From positions 6,670,757 to 6,734,756 of the forward strand of contig CM119267.1 of the NCBI GenBank assembly GCA_051294375.1: a stretch of 64,000 nt of DNA, written 5' to 3'. The stretch is from Paraspadella gotoi. Lineage: Eukaryota > Animalia > Chaetognatha. The first letter of the stretch is position 1. Each line of letters opens with the position of its first letter. The notes below the pieces were generated by a model that worked only from the letters and a program-made list of their open reading frames with translations, did no database searches and had not been told where the DNA came from. Position numbers and translations under genes: made by a program. Of the stretch, positions 13,632 to 28,350 are shown piece after piece.

Positions 13632-14838
13632 CTGGGGAGAAAGAAGAGTCATTAACTCGGAGGTGCGATTCTTCCGCCGCCAGCGTCGCCGCCGCCGCCA
13701 GCTCCGCCCCCAACTTCCGCCGCTATTTATCCCACTTTCGTTCCTGCTGCCGCCGCAAACGCCATCTTCCGATTCTCGGTCCCGCGCCGTCTCCGATCGC
13801 CTCGTTGCCTCGTCCATCGACTCCCCTCGACATCGATCTTCCGACTGTCAACATTCGTACTTGGCCGATTCCGATTTCTCAAGTCTTCCACTTTCTACGC
13901 CGCCTCGACCGCTTCAGCGGCCGCCGCCGCCGCCGCTGTCGTTCATGCGTTTTCCGTGATTTTCTTCGGTTCTTCAATTTTTTCTCTTTTGTTATCTTCT
14001 TCCTTTTTACCTTCTCTAAACGCTTTCTATACGTCCCACTATCTTACACGTCAACGTTTCTTCTTTCTTTGGCTGTATGACGACGACGATGACGACGACG
14101 GCGACGACGACGGCAATGAGGACAACGACGACGGCGACGACGCAGACTACGACGACGACTACGACGACAACGACGACGACGGGACGTGTTTTGATTGATT
14201 GCTTCGACCTCAACGTCGCCGTCGGTGACGAAGCCGCTTCCGCCGCCTCCGCCGCGGCCGCTGTCGTCGTCTTCGCTGCCGCCATCTACGGTCCCACCAG
14301 AGCCATTGCCGACGTCATTGCGATCCAACTATTTTACCATCAACCGCGTCTGGCAATCCTTGATGCAAACTCTTTTTAAACTTTCTGTTTTTTTTTTTAA
14401 GGACAAAGCCTCTCTAATCGCTACCAATTCATGCCATAGCAGTGTAGATTGTAGAAGGTGTACGCAATGCTCGACTACATGTGTACGTACACTGTTCATA
14501 GCGCTGTATTTGGTTGGTGTTATCTTCCAGTTTCAGGCCCCGCGGCCAAATATTTTATAAGAAACTAGACTCGCGTCACGGAAAGTTGCCTGGAGGTATA
14601 AACGCGCCAATTAAAAAATGATACGACCCCGGAACGATTAACGTCTGAAACTTTTTAAAACGAGGCTAATTGAGCGAGCTCACCGGCGAAAGTGTAAACA
14701 AAAAACCTGTTAATAATCGAGAACGAACTTACAAACAAACTCGGCGTGACGACGAATGAAACTGTAAACAAGAATTGTGACTTGTGTAAGACTTGTAAAA
14801 ATCGACAGTTCGTTTACAACCTAGATTATCAACAGGAT

Positions 14839-14966
14839 TGTAAACAACCTAGTCTTTAAACAATAGAGGCAGTAAACTAACTTGCCCGTAAATAATAGAG
14901 TCTGTAAGCAAACGAGACTTTAAACTAACGAGACCGTAAATAATCGGGATTGTAAACAATGCGTTG
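14839..14966 (+). repeat. Degenerate 16-bp tandem repeat x8 (consensus ~YGTAAAYAANCGAGAC) carrying Forkhead-type GTAAAYA cores
   Basis: Units at 14839, 14855, 14871, 14887, 14903, 14919, 14935, 14951 with an exact 16-bp period and no indels. Confidence 0.8.
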
Positions 14967-16201
14967 GAAATCATCTTCCGTTCAATGACGCGTTAGATAT
15001 GAAACATTTACTCTTCGCGATCGCCGCGACTCATGGATGATGCTGCGTCGAACTGACGCTGCTCTGTCGCGGCGGCGTGCTGACGCTGCTGCAACGCACT
15101 ATGACTCACTGGCGCGGCAGTGACATACTGGCGTTGTCGGTGTCGAAGAGACAATCATGCCGAAGGTCTAACAAGTAGCTTATAAGCGAAGATCGAACAA
15201 TTTCTCAATCAATATTGTTGAAGCGAGATTTATTGACAATGGCAGCGTTTTCGACTCACAAGCACAGTTAGACTGTTAGACTGTTAGTACAACAATCTCC
15301 TAATGTTGGAAAAACGACTGTGTCACGCTTCTGAGCGACAACGCCACGGACGGCACTCAAGCAACAGACGCCAACAGTTATGACGCGGTGAGCGAAGACC
15401 GCGAAGGCTAAACGATTCGTCGTACAAAAGAAGCGACATCTATGATGAAGTCAGAAATGAATTTATTTCTTTTGTTTTCATCGATTTAAAAAAAAACGAT
15501 TATTTATTCAAAAGTTTTCCGAGCCGTGATCGTCGTTAATGAGAGCGAGTGGGATGGGGTGGGACCGGGTTGGTATTGGGTTCTGGTTTTAACATAGAAG
15601 GGAGGGTGAGGGCCGAGGATTAAGTGTGAGAAAGGGAGGGACGGAGAATGAATAAGAGAGAGAATGGAAGGGGCGGCTTTCCAAACTACAAAAGCAAAGA
15701 GCTTGAGAGAGAAAGAAAGAACAGACCGACATGCAAAGTTTGAAAAAGCGGTTCTGATGCATAATCGAACGCTTGTCAGGCATGAAACGAATTATTTTAT
15801 TCGATATTTAAAAAAAAAATGAATTAAAAAAAGTTAGCGCCCATAGAGTTGTTTAAACGATGGGTAAAACGAAATGATTAATGTACAAGTTACTGTTACG
15901 CGAGCAGGTCTTGCGCTTTTTTTAACATTGGTTTAACAACTTCCTGGTCTTCTCTAAATCACCTCATGGATTTGTACCTCTGTAAATCCGTATCCCCACC
16001 TCGCACCCTTTTCCCTACAGTGGGTGGCCACAAATTTGGCTGGAACATAATCCATGTTTTCATGTTTCAAAATTTCTTATCCCGAAGAAGGAGAGGGAGA
16101 GAGAGATAGATAGAGATAGAGACAAGGAAACACTAGAAATATAGGGAAGAAGTTCATCTTGAAATCCTAAGGAAAAAAAAAGAAATCATCCTTTTTCATG
16201 A

Positions 16202-16235
<34 letters not shown>

Positions 16236-16237
16236 CG

Positions 16238-16293
<56 letters not shown>

Positions 16294-17437
16294 AGTAACG
16301 GCGGGACATTTCCTTTTCTTGGTCGCCTTCATGAAAATATTTTATTCTGTCAGAACCTGAATTTCTGAGTTCAGATTTTCAGCCAACTGTTTTTTTTTTC
16401 TTTTTTTTTTTCAAAGATGACTTAATTTGGCATTTTTTTAACAACTCAATTAATATTTTTTAAATATAAAATTTGTCGACCGCGAAAAGATGACGCAATA
16501 CCCAACGCTTACGAAATCTGGCCTACGCCATTTAATCAAATTCCAACATACGTACATGTAAATAAAAATGTAATAAAAAACTAATTTTTTTCAGTCAACG
16601 ACTAAATTCAAATTCGATTAATACAGTAGGCTCCTTAAATTTAAAGCTTTCCCCTCTGGGTTATGCACTCTTTTGTATTCAACAGTTGTGGAGAAAAAAA
16701 AACAGAAAGAGAGCGTTGGAGAGAAAAGGAAAGATAGTAAGAGGGTGACAGATAGAGAGAAAGAAAGGGAGAAAGAAAGAAAGGAAGAGAGAGAGAAACC
16801 CACCAAAGCCGACCACTGAATACATGAATAATTTGCATAATTCAGCAGAAACAAAAGCTGAAAAAGACTGGAAAGGTTGCAAATTTGATGTCCTCAGAGA
16901 GAGGGAGAACGAGAGAGGAAGATTGGAAACTAGGGAGAGAGAGAGAGAGTGAGAGAGAGAGAGGTATATGCAACAAAAGAGGAGAAAAAGAATTATTATT
17001 TTAGTGAGCACAGTTGAAATTTTTCCTTCAAACTAGTATGCTTATTTAATTTTTTAGTTTCTATGTACTAAACATCGACTTAGCATACTTTGTTTTATTT
17101 TCTTGCATTAGATCCAGTAATAGGTGGAAAAAGCTACGATTTATTAGGGCTGTTAATACTCTCTCTCGCTCTCTCTCTCTCTCCCTCTCTCTTTCTGATG
17201 GATCCATAAACTCGAGATGAAATGGAACGAAGAAAAAGTAAAGGGAGAGAACTAGCTCGGGTGCTTGAGAGAGAGAGAGAGAGAGAGAGAGAATAGAGGA
17301 GAATGAGCGAGGAGAGAAAAATAACCCACATAGAGGAAAATATCATTAAGGAAATCTTCCGAACCCAAATTTATGCTCGACGGAAATGATGATTTATTGT
17401 AAAATATTTTTTGTCGGGTCTCTGCTATTTTTTTCCA

Positions 17438-17468
<31 letters not shown>

Positions 17469-17473
17469 TCTCT

Positions 17474-17549
<76 letters not shown>

Positions 17550-19369
17550 CAGCCACACCCATTCACTTGGCCGCCTCCATTCCGCTTCCACATCAACTGA
17601 AATGGATTCCATTTAAAGTTTTTCTCAATACATTTAAATCGTGGAATTATCTTTAATTTACGTCTTTTTTTCTTTCTCTTCGTATCTCTAATCAAATATT
17701 GATTGGGCGCCCTGTTTTAAACTTTCGTCAATCCTAGTGAATATTGTTAAGGTTGACAACAATGTTTTAAACTTTCTTCTGTTTCTTAATCTTATTTTCA
17801 GGTTTCTTATTGACTTCAAATCAGATCTTTACATAATACATACAGACATCCAGATATGTTTTCTTCTTCAAATCGCTCTTGATTTCATTTCTCTTCCCTC
17901 AGAGGGTAATTACTTCAAGGGATATTTTTAATCACAAAACTGCAGCTGTATAAATATTCGCCGACTTTTCGTTGCCGATATCTAATGTCCGACTAAAGTA
18001 TCCACTATCCACTATCCACTATCCACTATCCACTATCCATCCTTGAATTTGAGTATCAAATTGAGTAACATATTCAAATGATATTTATCATATCATATAT
18101 ATGTTCATCATCATTAAAAGTAAATACGATATACTTATATTAATATAATAATATATATATATATAATATATAATATATAATAATAATTGGTCCCCCTAAT
18201 TCAGACAAAACATATGCACGACTTATGTACGTAGTTTGTCTGCGCGTGATGATGCATTTTTGTTCTTCACTTTTAAAATTTTCTTTTTTAATTTACTTTA
18301 ACTTGATTAAAAGAAATCTTTTCATTCCAGATTTTGTCCCGGCTAAAACCTCAAAATCAAAATCGCCTTATTTTCCAGTTTCAAACTCACCTCATTCCTA
18401 AATCTCCGCCGACCCAAAGACCTTACCTCTTTTCCTCACCCTTTCACCCCTCCCTCGTCTCCTTCTCCTATTTTCGGAACTTTGATAAACAAAAATTGAT
18501 TATCGCTGCTCTCCAGAAACTCCGTTGATGAGGGTTAAAAAGGAAAAAAAAGAGCAGAATTTCGGAAGCCGCACTAGCACGCCCCCCTGCCCGACCGCCG
18601 GCTCGTCCCTTTTCGCACTACCCAAACTCCACGCCATCTGGTCTTAAACCATCGTCATCTCATCCAAACTTGTCACCGACTTTGCCACGCCCACGTCGAC
18701 GCCCACGCGGCCGACGTCACCCGAAACCCGTCGCCTTCGTCGCCGTCGTCGTCGTCGAATCCTGACGTCATCCGAGTCACCTCGATGCAGGAGTGGAGAT
18801 TCACGTAATTGTGCTCTTTTTTTTCTGTCACAAAAGTATGTATTGTGGCAGTAACCACAGTATCTTCTTTTAAGGTTTTTAACTTATATGCGAAATTGAT
18901 TTACGTAAAATTCAAAGCTATTCTGTGTTAGGACTTAAATTGTGGTCTTATTTAAAAAAAAAAAAAAAAATTCTATGAGATTTTCTCGGCCCGCCTCAGA
19001 GCCCCGGGCTCTTCGTCTTTGTGGAGGGAATCTTCACTCTCAACTGTCTGCCCCTCTACACTCTACAGTCTACACTCTACACTCTACACTCTACACTCTA
19101 CACTCCCCTGCTTGGGGCAGTTGTAATGGATGGCAGATAACGAGTGAGAAAATGTTCTGCTTGTGTGACGCTTCACCGATCTTAACAATTACAAACCTTT
19201 CTCCGACACTATTTAAAAACATCAATTCAAACTCATCTTCTTCTCTCTCGATTCGTAATCTCTAACTTTGTCCGCCTTTTCCTTCCCGCTAATTAATCAA
19301 ACGCGTTTCTCAATACTATCTTCCACATTCCAGCAGCAATTTCTCATCCTCCTTTTTTTCCCTTTCATC

Positions 19370-19535
19370 TTCGATCTCCCTCCATTACCACTTTCGATTA
19401 CCATTACCATTACCATTACCATTACCTCAATTACCACATTCTCTTTTGATCTCCCTCCATTACCACTTTCGATTACCATTACCATTACCTCAATTACTAC
19501 ATTCTCTTTCGATCTACCTCCATTACCACTTTCCC
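19370..19535. repeat. ~63-75-bp compound minisatellite x2.5 with internal (ATTACC)n
   Basis: Repeated ttcgatctccctccattaccactttcgattaccattacc...tcaattaccacattctct. Confidence 0.85.
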
Positions 19536-19902
19536 TACCACCTCTTCCACAACTCTCCCCCCCCACCCGCCGTCCCTTCCACAACCCGCCGACTTCTCCA
19601 GAGGACTCTTCCAACGCGCCGACGTCGGCGCTCACCGGGGATTCCCAACTCCCTCTTCCCGATTATCCCGTCGATTCGACTTAGCGGTGACGCCTTTCTT
19701 GGGGATTTTGCTCGAAGGTTGCGAAGGGGGGGGGATGGGGGAAGAGAGCCGGGAGAGCAGGTTGGAGAGAAGAGAGTAAAAAAAAATTGGTTAATGAGAG
19801 TTGAGAGGATTAAAAAAGGAAGAAGGGAGATGGAGTTTATAAAGATGGTGGTAAGTAGTCGAAGTGGAAAAAAAGGAGGGAAAAAGCCAAGAGTTAAGCG
19901 TC

Positions 19903-20016
19903 AAAAAAGAGAGGATGAGAGAAGTGTTTAAAAAAGAGAGGATTCGAGAAGTGTTTAAAAAAGAGAGGATTAGAGAAGTGTTTAAAAAAGAGAGGATTAG
20001 AGAAGTGTTTAAAAAG
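19903..20016. repeat. 27-bp minisatellite x4
   Basis: aaaaaagagaggattagagaagtgttt repeated. Confidence 0.9.
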
Positions 20017-20481
20017 GAAATTAAGGAAATGAAGGAAAAGCGGATTTAGTAGAGAGAGAAAAAGGAGGACAGGTTGAAAAAAAAAAATTCATTGAAAATA
20101 AAAGGGATCTAATGAGAAGAATTCAAATTGGCAATATTTATCATTAAGCCAAAATAAATTTCTCCTCGGTTACAATCCAGATCGATTTGAAAAGTTAAGT
20201 TTCTTATCGTCTTAACTGTCAAATCGTTTCTTTTATTTCAGAAAAATTCTTGAAAAAACAACTTATCTCTCTTCCTCTACGACTTTCCGTCCCTCGCTAC
20301 TTCGCTTGCTCTCTCTCTTCATCTTTCTCTCCTCTCGTCCTCTCCATCTCCTTGTCTCTCTCTCCTCTCTCTCCTCTTCTTATTCCACTCTTTTCTCTAG
20401 CACGGTGATGCGAAAGGAAGGATACTATTGGAAATGGATAAACTAAAGGAGGATTCGAGTAATATATAGAAATAAAAAAAG

Positions 20482-20542
<61 letters not shown>

Positions 20543-20639
20543 AGAAGAGAGAGAAGAGAGAGAGAGCGAACGCGAACGAGATCCCGGGCGAGAAAGAGCA
20601 AGAAAGTAAAGAGAGAAAGAGAGAGAGAGAGAGAGAGAG

Positions 20640-20683
<44 letters not shown>

Positions 20684-21455
20684 AAAAAAAAGTAGCGGTT
20701 TTCTACTTAGAATGGAAAGGCGGTCTCTTCCACCTCATCCCTGGGCATTTTCTTTCGGGTTTAGCCGCCGAATTTCCTCTAATTTGGTTAGGAAAGACTT
20801 TTTCTCGCTCCCCCCCTTTTTTTCTCCTTTTTTCTCCCTTTTTTCTCCCTTTTTTTCTCTTTTCCTTATTTTCCTTCAGTTTTTTTTTTGCCTTCGATTT
20901 TCCTCTCGTGTTTTCTTCAATCCCGTTTCTTTCTTTTTTCTTTCCTTCTTCCTCCTCCTCCTCCTCCTCCTCCTCCTCCTCCTCCTTTTGACCCTTGTTT
21001 AGACACTCCGCTCCTGGTTATCACTCAATGTTTCCTCTTTCTCCAGTAGAGATAAGAAGAAAGGAAAGAGAGAAAAAGAGATAAAAAATAACTCGTTAAT
21101 TCAGTTTCTCTTTCCTATGTTTAATACTTTAATAGTATAATTTTTTTATTCCTGATTGATTATGAAAGCTTTAAACTTTTGCGGAAAGTTATCTTGATTT
21201 TTCTTGATTATTTTACTGTTCACCTTCACAAGCCAACGTCAGAGAGTCAGCTTTCGTTATTCGTCGAGAGAGACAGACAGACAGATATATTTCTTATATT
21301 CTATATTTAAATCCTTAACAAGGACATAGACTATGTCATTGTAACGGATTCGTCTCGACAAAGATTTTTGAGAAAGATCCCTGGATCCGGCTGCCAAATT
21401 CTCACAGCTTATTTTTCGTCCTTATTGATTATTTGTAATCATTTACTAACTTGTC

Positions 21456-21630
21456 CATTCATTCATTCATTCATTCATTCATTCATTCATTCATTCATTC
21501 ATTCATTCATTCATTCATTCATTCATTCATTCATTCACTCATTCATTCATTCATTCATTCATTCATTCACTCATTCATTCATTCATTCATTCATTCATTC
21601 ATTCATTCATTCATTCATTCATTCATTCAT
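21456..21630. repeat. (ATTC)n microsatellite
   Basis: Direct observation. Confidence 0.97.
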
Positions 21631-21777
21631 TGAATTACATTTGAGATTAGCGAATGAAGATTTCCCACCGATTGACGAATGCTCCCGTTCACTTATTGTT
21701 ATTCATTTATTCACCGTTTGCTGCGATGTCAGGATTGACACATCGCCTTGCTTTTAACGCCGCCGCCGCCGCCGCCT

Positions 21778-21808
<31 letters not shown>

Positions 21809-22223
21809 AGCTAACGACCCCGCGGCCTCGTAACGACGGTCAAAATCGTCACTTAACCTTCGTCGATATCAAAATAAGGTGACATTTTGTCATTAATGAA
21901 ATGATAACTTCATTAATGACATCTTGTCATACGTAGTCGCGATTCAAGCGTCGTTAAATCCGAAATTAACGCGTAAAAGTCGCTCGTTACATTCGCGGAG
22001 GAGCCTAATATCCGGGATGCGGGTGGGACTGGATGGGTACTATCCAGTATCCACCCATACTATCCGCCCTGGATAGGCGATCCCTTCGCTCTCGACCGCT
22101 CTCTTGACCGCTTCTTCCTCGATCGCATCTCGACCACCTTTCGCTTCTCCTCTCCTCTTCGCTTCCATTGATTTGAGTTCAGAAAAGGCGAATCTTAATT
22201 TTGCAGAAAGAGGATTTCGCGTT

Positions 22224-22279
<56 letters not shown>

Positions 22280-22640
22280 CTCGTCGTCGTCGTCGTCGTC
22301 GTCATCAAAGTTGCAAAGTGGAAGAACTTAACTTCACTGCTGCCTTCTATTCTATCCTATTCTATTCTATTTTGTTCTATTCTATTCTATTCTACTCTAT
22401 TCTATACTTTTTTATTCTATTTTATTCCATTTTATTGTATTCTATTCTATTCTATTCTACTCTATTCTACTCTATTCCATTCTATTGTACTCCTTACTAT
22501 TCTATTCTAATTTATTCTATTCTATTCTTTTCTGATCTTTTCATTATATTCGGTTCTACTTTATTCATTTTATGTTTTTCTATTCTATTCTATTTCATTC
22601 TTTTCTTATATATTAAATTCTAATTCATTCTATTCTATTT
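22224..22640. repeat. (GTC)n followed by degenerate (TCTAT)n
   Basis: Direct observation. Confidence 0.92.
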
Positions 22641-22723
22641 TGTTACAGTCTAGGTTCTATTCCACTACTCATACTTCTCACCAGTATAAAATTACAGTAT
22701 ATCTTATCATGACTTCTATACAG

Positions 22724-22962
22724 GTTTACAATGACTCTGAGTAATGCGATAAGAAAAGATGAGAAATTCCGGGAGAGGTCAAATTCAGAATTCGCCGGAG
22801 GTGAGGTCCGTGGGATGTTCCAATTGTTCCATAGATCTCGTCATCTTGGTCGTTGTCCTCGTTGTCGTCGTCCTCATTATTGTCGTCTTCATCGTCGTCG
22901 TCGTCACGTTGTCTTCGACATCTGAATATTTGACGAGGAGCGATTTCCGAGAATTGATCGTC

Positions 22963-23008
<46 letters not shown>

Positions 23009-23346
23009 ATGCCCAGTTTGACCATTTGCGTCGGCTACGTCATTTCGGTCGCGGCTCCATCGAACTTGCAATTCGCTCCAGCCAACCTCTTTCGTCATCG
23101 TCGTCATCGTCGTTGTCTTTCTCCTCCTCCTCTTCCTCCTCTTCCTCCTTCTTCCCTTCCTCCCGTTCCTTCGTCCGATGGGAGGAATAAGTGGACCCCA
23201 AAGACCTCTCTGGGGTCAGGACAGGTGAGAGGGGCAACCAGTGGGTGGGCCGCCAAAAGGGGGCAAGGGGAAAGAGGGAGAGAAGCAATGAGGCAAAAAC
23301 TGTTATGGATCAGGTTAAAGGCCAGGCTTAGGGACTGGAGTACAAA

Positions 23347-23386
<40 letters not shown>

Positions 23387-23881
23387 GTCTGCTATTATCT
23401 CAACAGTCAACTCATGAGCGTTTTAAGATTTTGTTATTTCTTTTCTTTTTAGAAGATAACTTGGATAGAAGAATCTACATTCAAGTACATGCGGAAAGAA
23501 TTTTCGTGAGAGAGAGATTGAATAGTAATGAGAGAGTTAGAGGATGATGAGAAGATGAGAGATGAGGATGAGAGGAAGAGGAGAGACGAGAGATTTGCTG
23601 GTCGAGTTACCCTCCATGCGACAGATGGCGCAGAGGACCAATCGCTTACATGACGTTTGAGGCCGAAGAGAAAGCAGGTATATGGACGGTCTCTCTCTCT
23701 CTCTCTCTCTCTCATCGTCTCTCCTCTCTCTCTCTCTCTCTCTCCTCCATCTCTCTCTCCTCTCTCTCTTATCAGTCAACAACGGCGGGCAAGTACATTC
23801 CCCATCGCGAGTCCATCGCATAACACGCAAAAGAAGTGACATAATCCACCCCGACCACAACGCGTCAGGCCAGACCAGCGC
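22724..23881 (+). CDS. Putative chain of five small phase-compatible exons (22724-22800, 23082-23224, 23453-23505, 23625-23677, 23776-23881), unknown product
   Basis: Canonical AG/GT boundaries (gtgagg, gtgaga, gtgaga, gtatat, gtaaga) that join in one open frame from ATG 22731. Sites were selected by eye and no homology was recognised. Confidence 0.25.
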
Positions 23882-24080
23882 GTAAGAACTATTAACGGCG
23901 ACACTCGACCACATGTTTGACCGCCACCGCAACCACCGACAACGTTTAAAACCACCATCGCGACCACTTGAGCCAAAATCAAACTGCCGAGGACGTTCTG
24001 AGTACATCTGGCGCTCTAATCTCCGGCGTTGACGTAGAAATCTCAACCGTCAGGACTTGTCTTCGTCATTGCTGACGTCT

Positions 24081-24117
<37 letters not shown>

Positions 24118-24590
24118 TGTTTTCGAAGTTCTAATCATATATGACGTGACTCTTTTCTTTGTCGTCATGGTTACCAAAGAAGCTGACGTCGCTATTCGTA
24201 ATTTTCGTCGAGGAAATTTTTCTCAGAGTCTAATTATTGGGTATTGTTTTTGTTTAGGTGTGACGTCAACGCTCGAACAGGGTCCGGTCTCAGGTTTAAA
24301 TTCAACTTCGTAAAGCATCGTAATTTTATTTTTTGTGATCGTTGTCATCCCTATCTCTCGATCAAACTTCCCAAATATTTGACGACTTCGACGTTTTTCC
24401 TTTCTCCAACTTCAAAGTTTTACTCGTTATTTCTCGCGAGCCTCTTGTCGTCTCGCTTAGCTGTGGAAGCTCAGCAGTCATTTTCATCTTCGTCTCCGCC
24501 TATGTCGTCCTTTTTGTCATTTTCGTCGTCTCCTTTGTCATTATATTGTCATTGTTGTAATAATACTTTCTTTTTCGTTGCGTTAGTTGC

Positions 24591-24782
24591 TAGACAAATG
24601 AGCGAAAATTCGAAGGGCAAACAACGATTTGTTTTTATTTAAAAACGTACATGTTTCGACTTTGTTTACAAGTCTTCATCGGCGTTTAGAAGTTTTTGAA
24701 GACTTTTGTAAACAAAGTCGAAACATGTACGTTTTTAAATAAAAACAAATCGTTGACGTTCGAATTTTCGCTCTTTTGTCTA
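24591..24782. repeat. ~190-bp near-perfect inverted repeat flanked by TA (MITE-like foldback)
   Basis: Perfect 50-bp arms 24622-24671 / 24706-24755, extended by tagacaaa-gagcgaaaattcgaa / ttcgaattttcgctc-tttgtcta and gtcttca/tgaagac. Confidence 0.85.
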
Positions 24783-25049
24783 ATTGTCGTTGTTATATTT
24801 TTTTTCTCCTTTCTTTACTCATCTTACATCAATTGTTACATCTTCGTCTTTGATTTAAATCATCATCATCTTCGTCTTTCCCTTTATCAAAATGATCCTC
24901 ATCCTTATCGTCGTCGTCGTCGTCGTCTTCATCGTCGTCGACCCGTCGCGTTCCTCGGTCTGCAAACGGCGTCCGAATATGGCTTCCATATTTCAAGGTG
25001 GGAATTTCATGGTTTTTATCGGAGAAGAGAAGATGATTTAATTTAGCCT

Positions 25050-25087
<38 letters not shown>

Positions 25088-26892
25088 TTTGCTAGAGGCT
25101 CTAAGACATCATCATCATCATCATTATCATAATCATCTTCATCATCACCAACATCATAATCATCATGATCAATTTTGATCATGATCATGATCATCAAAAT
25201 CATCATCATCATCATCATCAACATCATCATCATCATCTTTATGACATTAATATAATCGTTAGCATAATGCATTATCATGTTTGACTATCAATTTAAAAAT
25301 TTCAAAAGTTAATTTCAAATTTCAACTTTAAAAAATCCCTCCTCCCACAATCGCAGAATCTGAGCAGAGCGGAGCAGCTGCGGCGCAGAGCGGAGCAGCT
25401 GCGACGCGGAAAACTCTTTAACGGGAAGTAAATAAAAAAAACCCGGATCTACAGGTGTTTAAATTTAAGAGTCGACGAGTCATCCTGGTCGACAGATGGT
25501 CTCCGGTCAACCGCTTGAAATGTTAAAGATTGATAGAGCATCGACAAATATCAATACAATTTTGGGTAATTTAATGAATCCATTTATATTGTTTGAATTA
25601 GCGTTCAAAATATAATTCTCAGCTAAAAAAAAAATATTTTAATTTGTATATATATTCTATTTCACAATTTCATTCCCATTAATTATGTCTCCTTCTGATT
25701 TCTTCATCATTTATCCCTCATGACATAATCTCGATTCACTTCCCTTTCAAATCCTACTTCATTTTTCCCCTCCAAATTTCGCCACCCCACCCCTCTATTC
25801 CCCCTGGTAATCCCCCCGCCACCCTCACCACTCCCTTCTTACTCTCAACAGGACTTCCTTATCGGCCACTCTGGACCTGCGAAGAGAAAAAAAATATGAT
25901 ATCTTTTTTTTCCAGTATGAAATCTTTTCGTCCGCGGATATCTTACTGTTTCCCTTACTCTCTCTCTCTCTCTCCTCTCACTGCTCCCTTTCTTTTCTTT
26001 TTCTCTTCTCTCTCTCTCTCTGCTCTCTGCTCCTCTCTCCTCCCTCTCCTACTCCATCTCTGGTCTCTCTCCACCTCTCTCCTCTCTTCAGCACTATGGG
26101 ATGCAAATATGCGCGTGCAAGAGGGCACTGAGAGGAAAGACGTAAGCGTTTGCTCCGCACATGAAGAGGCCAAAGGTTCGGGCTAGGTGAATTCACCACG
26201 TAAATCCGGAGGGCTAGTGCCCACAGCCAAACATAACGCCTTTATAACAGCGGACAGACAAATTCGATCTTTTATCTTCCCGTTCCGCTTCCTAGTTGCG
26301 TATCATCATTTTCTCACCTTATACCTATCTTTCTATCTATGCTCGAAATACCGCACAAGTCTTTTCTTCACCCACCCCGAACCCGCTCCTACCTATTACA
26401 ACCAGTGCTGCCCGCCGGGCCACCACACAACCACTAGACATACACTGACAGGACAGAACCTGACAAAGTGGGCTGCCGAGTAAGATGCAGAAACGAAATG
26501 AACCACAAGAAAGAAACAGGAGCTTTAAGGAGAGGGGACGAGAACCNNNNNNNNNNNNNNNNNNNNNNNNNTCTCTCTCTCTCTCTCAGCATTGGTGCAT
26601 TGGTGCAAGGGCTGAGGAAATAAGTTTGAGTTCATGACCAAGTTAGGTAGGTGTTCACCAAAGTGCCCACCAAACTAACCTTTTTAACAGGGAGCAAATC
26701 GTTTTATCTTCCGTTCCTTTCCTGTTCCTTTTTACTTTCTTTTCTTTTCTTTCGAATACCGAGTCTTTCTTCACTACCGAACCGTTTTTACAGGGTGCCG
26801 CGGCCGAAACATAGTACATACACTGACAGACAGAAGTGACAAAGTGGTGCAGAGAAATGAAGAAAGAAAAAAAAAGGAAAGAAAGGAGTTTA

Positions 26893-27506
<614 letters not shown>

Positions 27507-27818
27507 GAATGATAAACAGATTCCATTAAGCTCCCATCCCTCACCAAGCCCCTCCTTTCCTCAGCAGCACATTTCACCACCGCGAGAGATCGTTTTCACT
27601 TCCGGTTCACTTTTCCCGCCGGATTTCGCCGCCAGTCAATCACCCGGGACAACCAGTCGACGAATCACGGGGTTTTTTTTCTTTTCCGTCGATCTATCCG
27701 CCAATCAACCAATCGACCAATCAACCAGTCATACAATCAACCGATTTCCATTTTTTTCTCTCCTCTTAAACCCAACTTCCCGGTTTCCACTTCTTGTTCC
27801 CTCATCGACCATTCATCA

Positions 27819-27849
<31 letters not shown>

Positions 27850-27888
27850 TGTCCTCTCTCTCTCTCTCTCCCTTCCTCTCTTCCCTCT

Positions 27889-27954
<66 letters not shown>

Positions 27955-28295
27955 CTCTCTTCATCTCTGTCTGATTCTCCACTCTTCTATCCTTTCTTTC
28001 TTTCTTTCTTTCTTTCTTCTCTTTCTTTCTTTCTCTTCTCTTTCTTTCTTTTTTAACTATCTTTGTTCTATTTTTTCTCCCTGTTTTTCCTAAATCTCAC
28101 TTTTAACTCTTCTTCCTTTTCCCATTCTCTTTTATTCTCTTTTCCTTCTGTTTTTTATTAATTTCTTCTCTCGGCGTTTGTTTTTCCTCCACCGCCGTTA
28201 GGATCGCTGCCGAGCGACGGCGACTCGTGGGTTAATCACCAACAAATGAACCGACTTTGATTTTTGCATTCGACGTCGAAGGCAAGAGAGAGAAT

Positions 28296-28350
<55 letters not shown>

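Noticed and set aside
14839-14966. CRISPR-like interpretation of this and other periodic repeats (19370, 34920, 54360)
   Set aside because: No unique spacers between conserved repeats, no cas genes, eukaryotic context.
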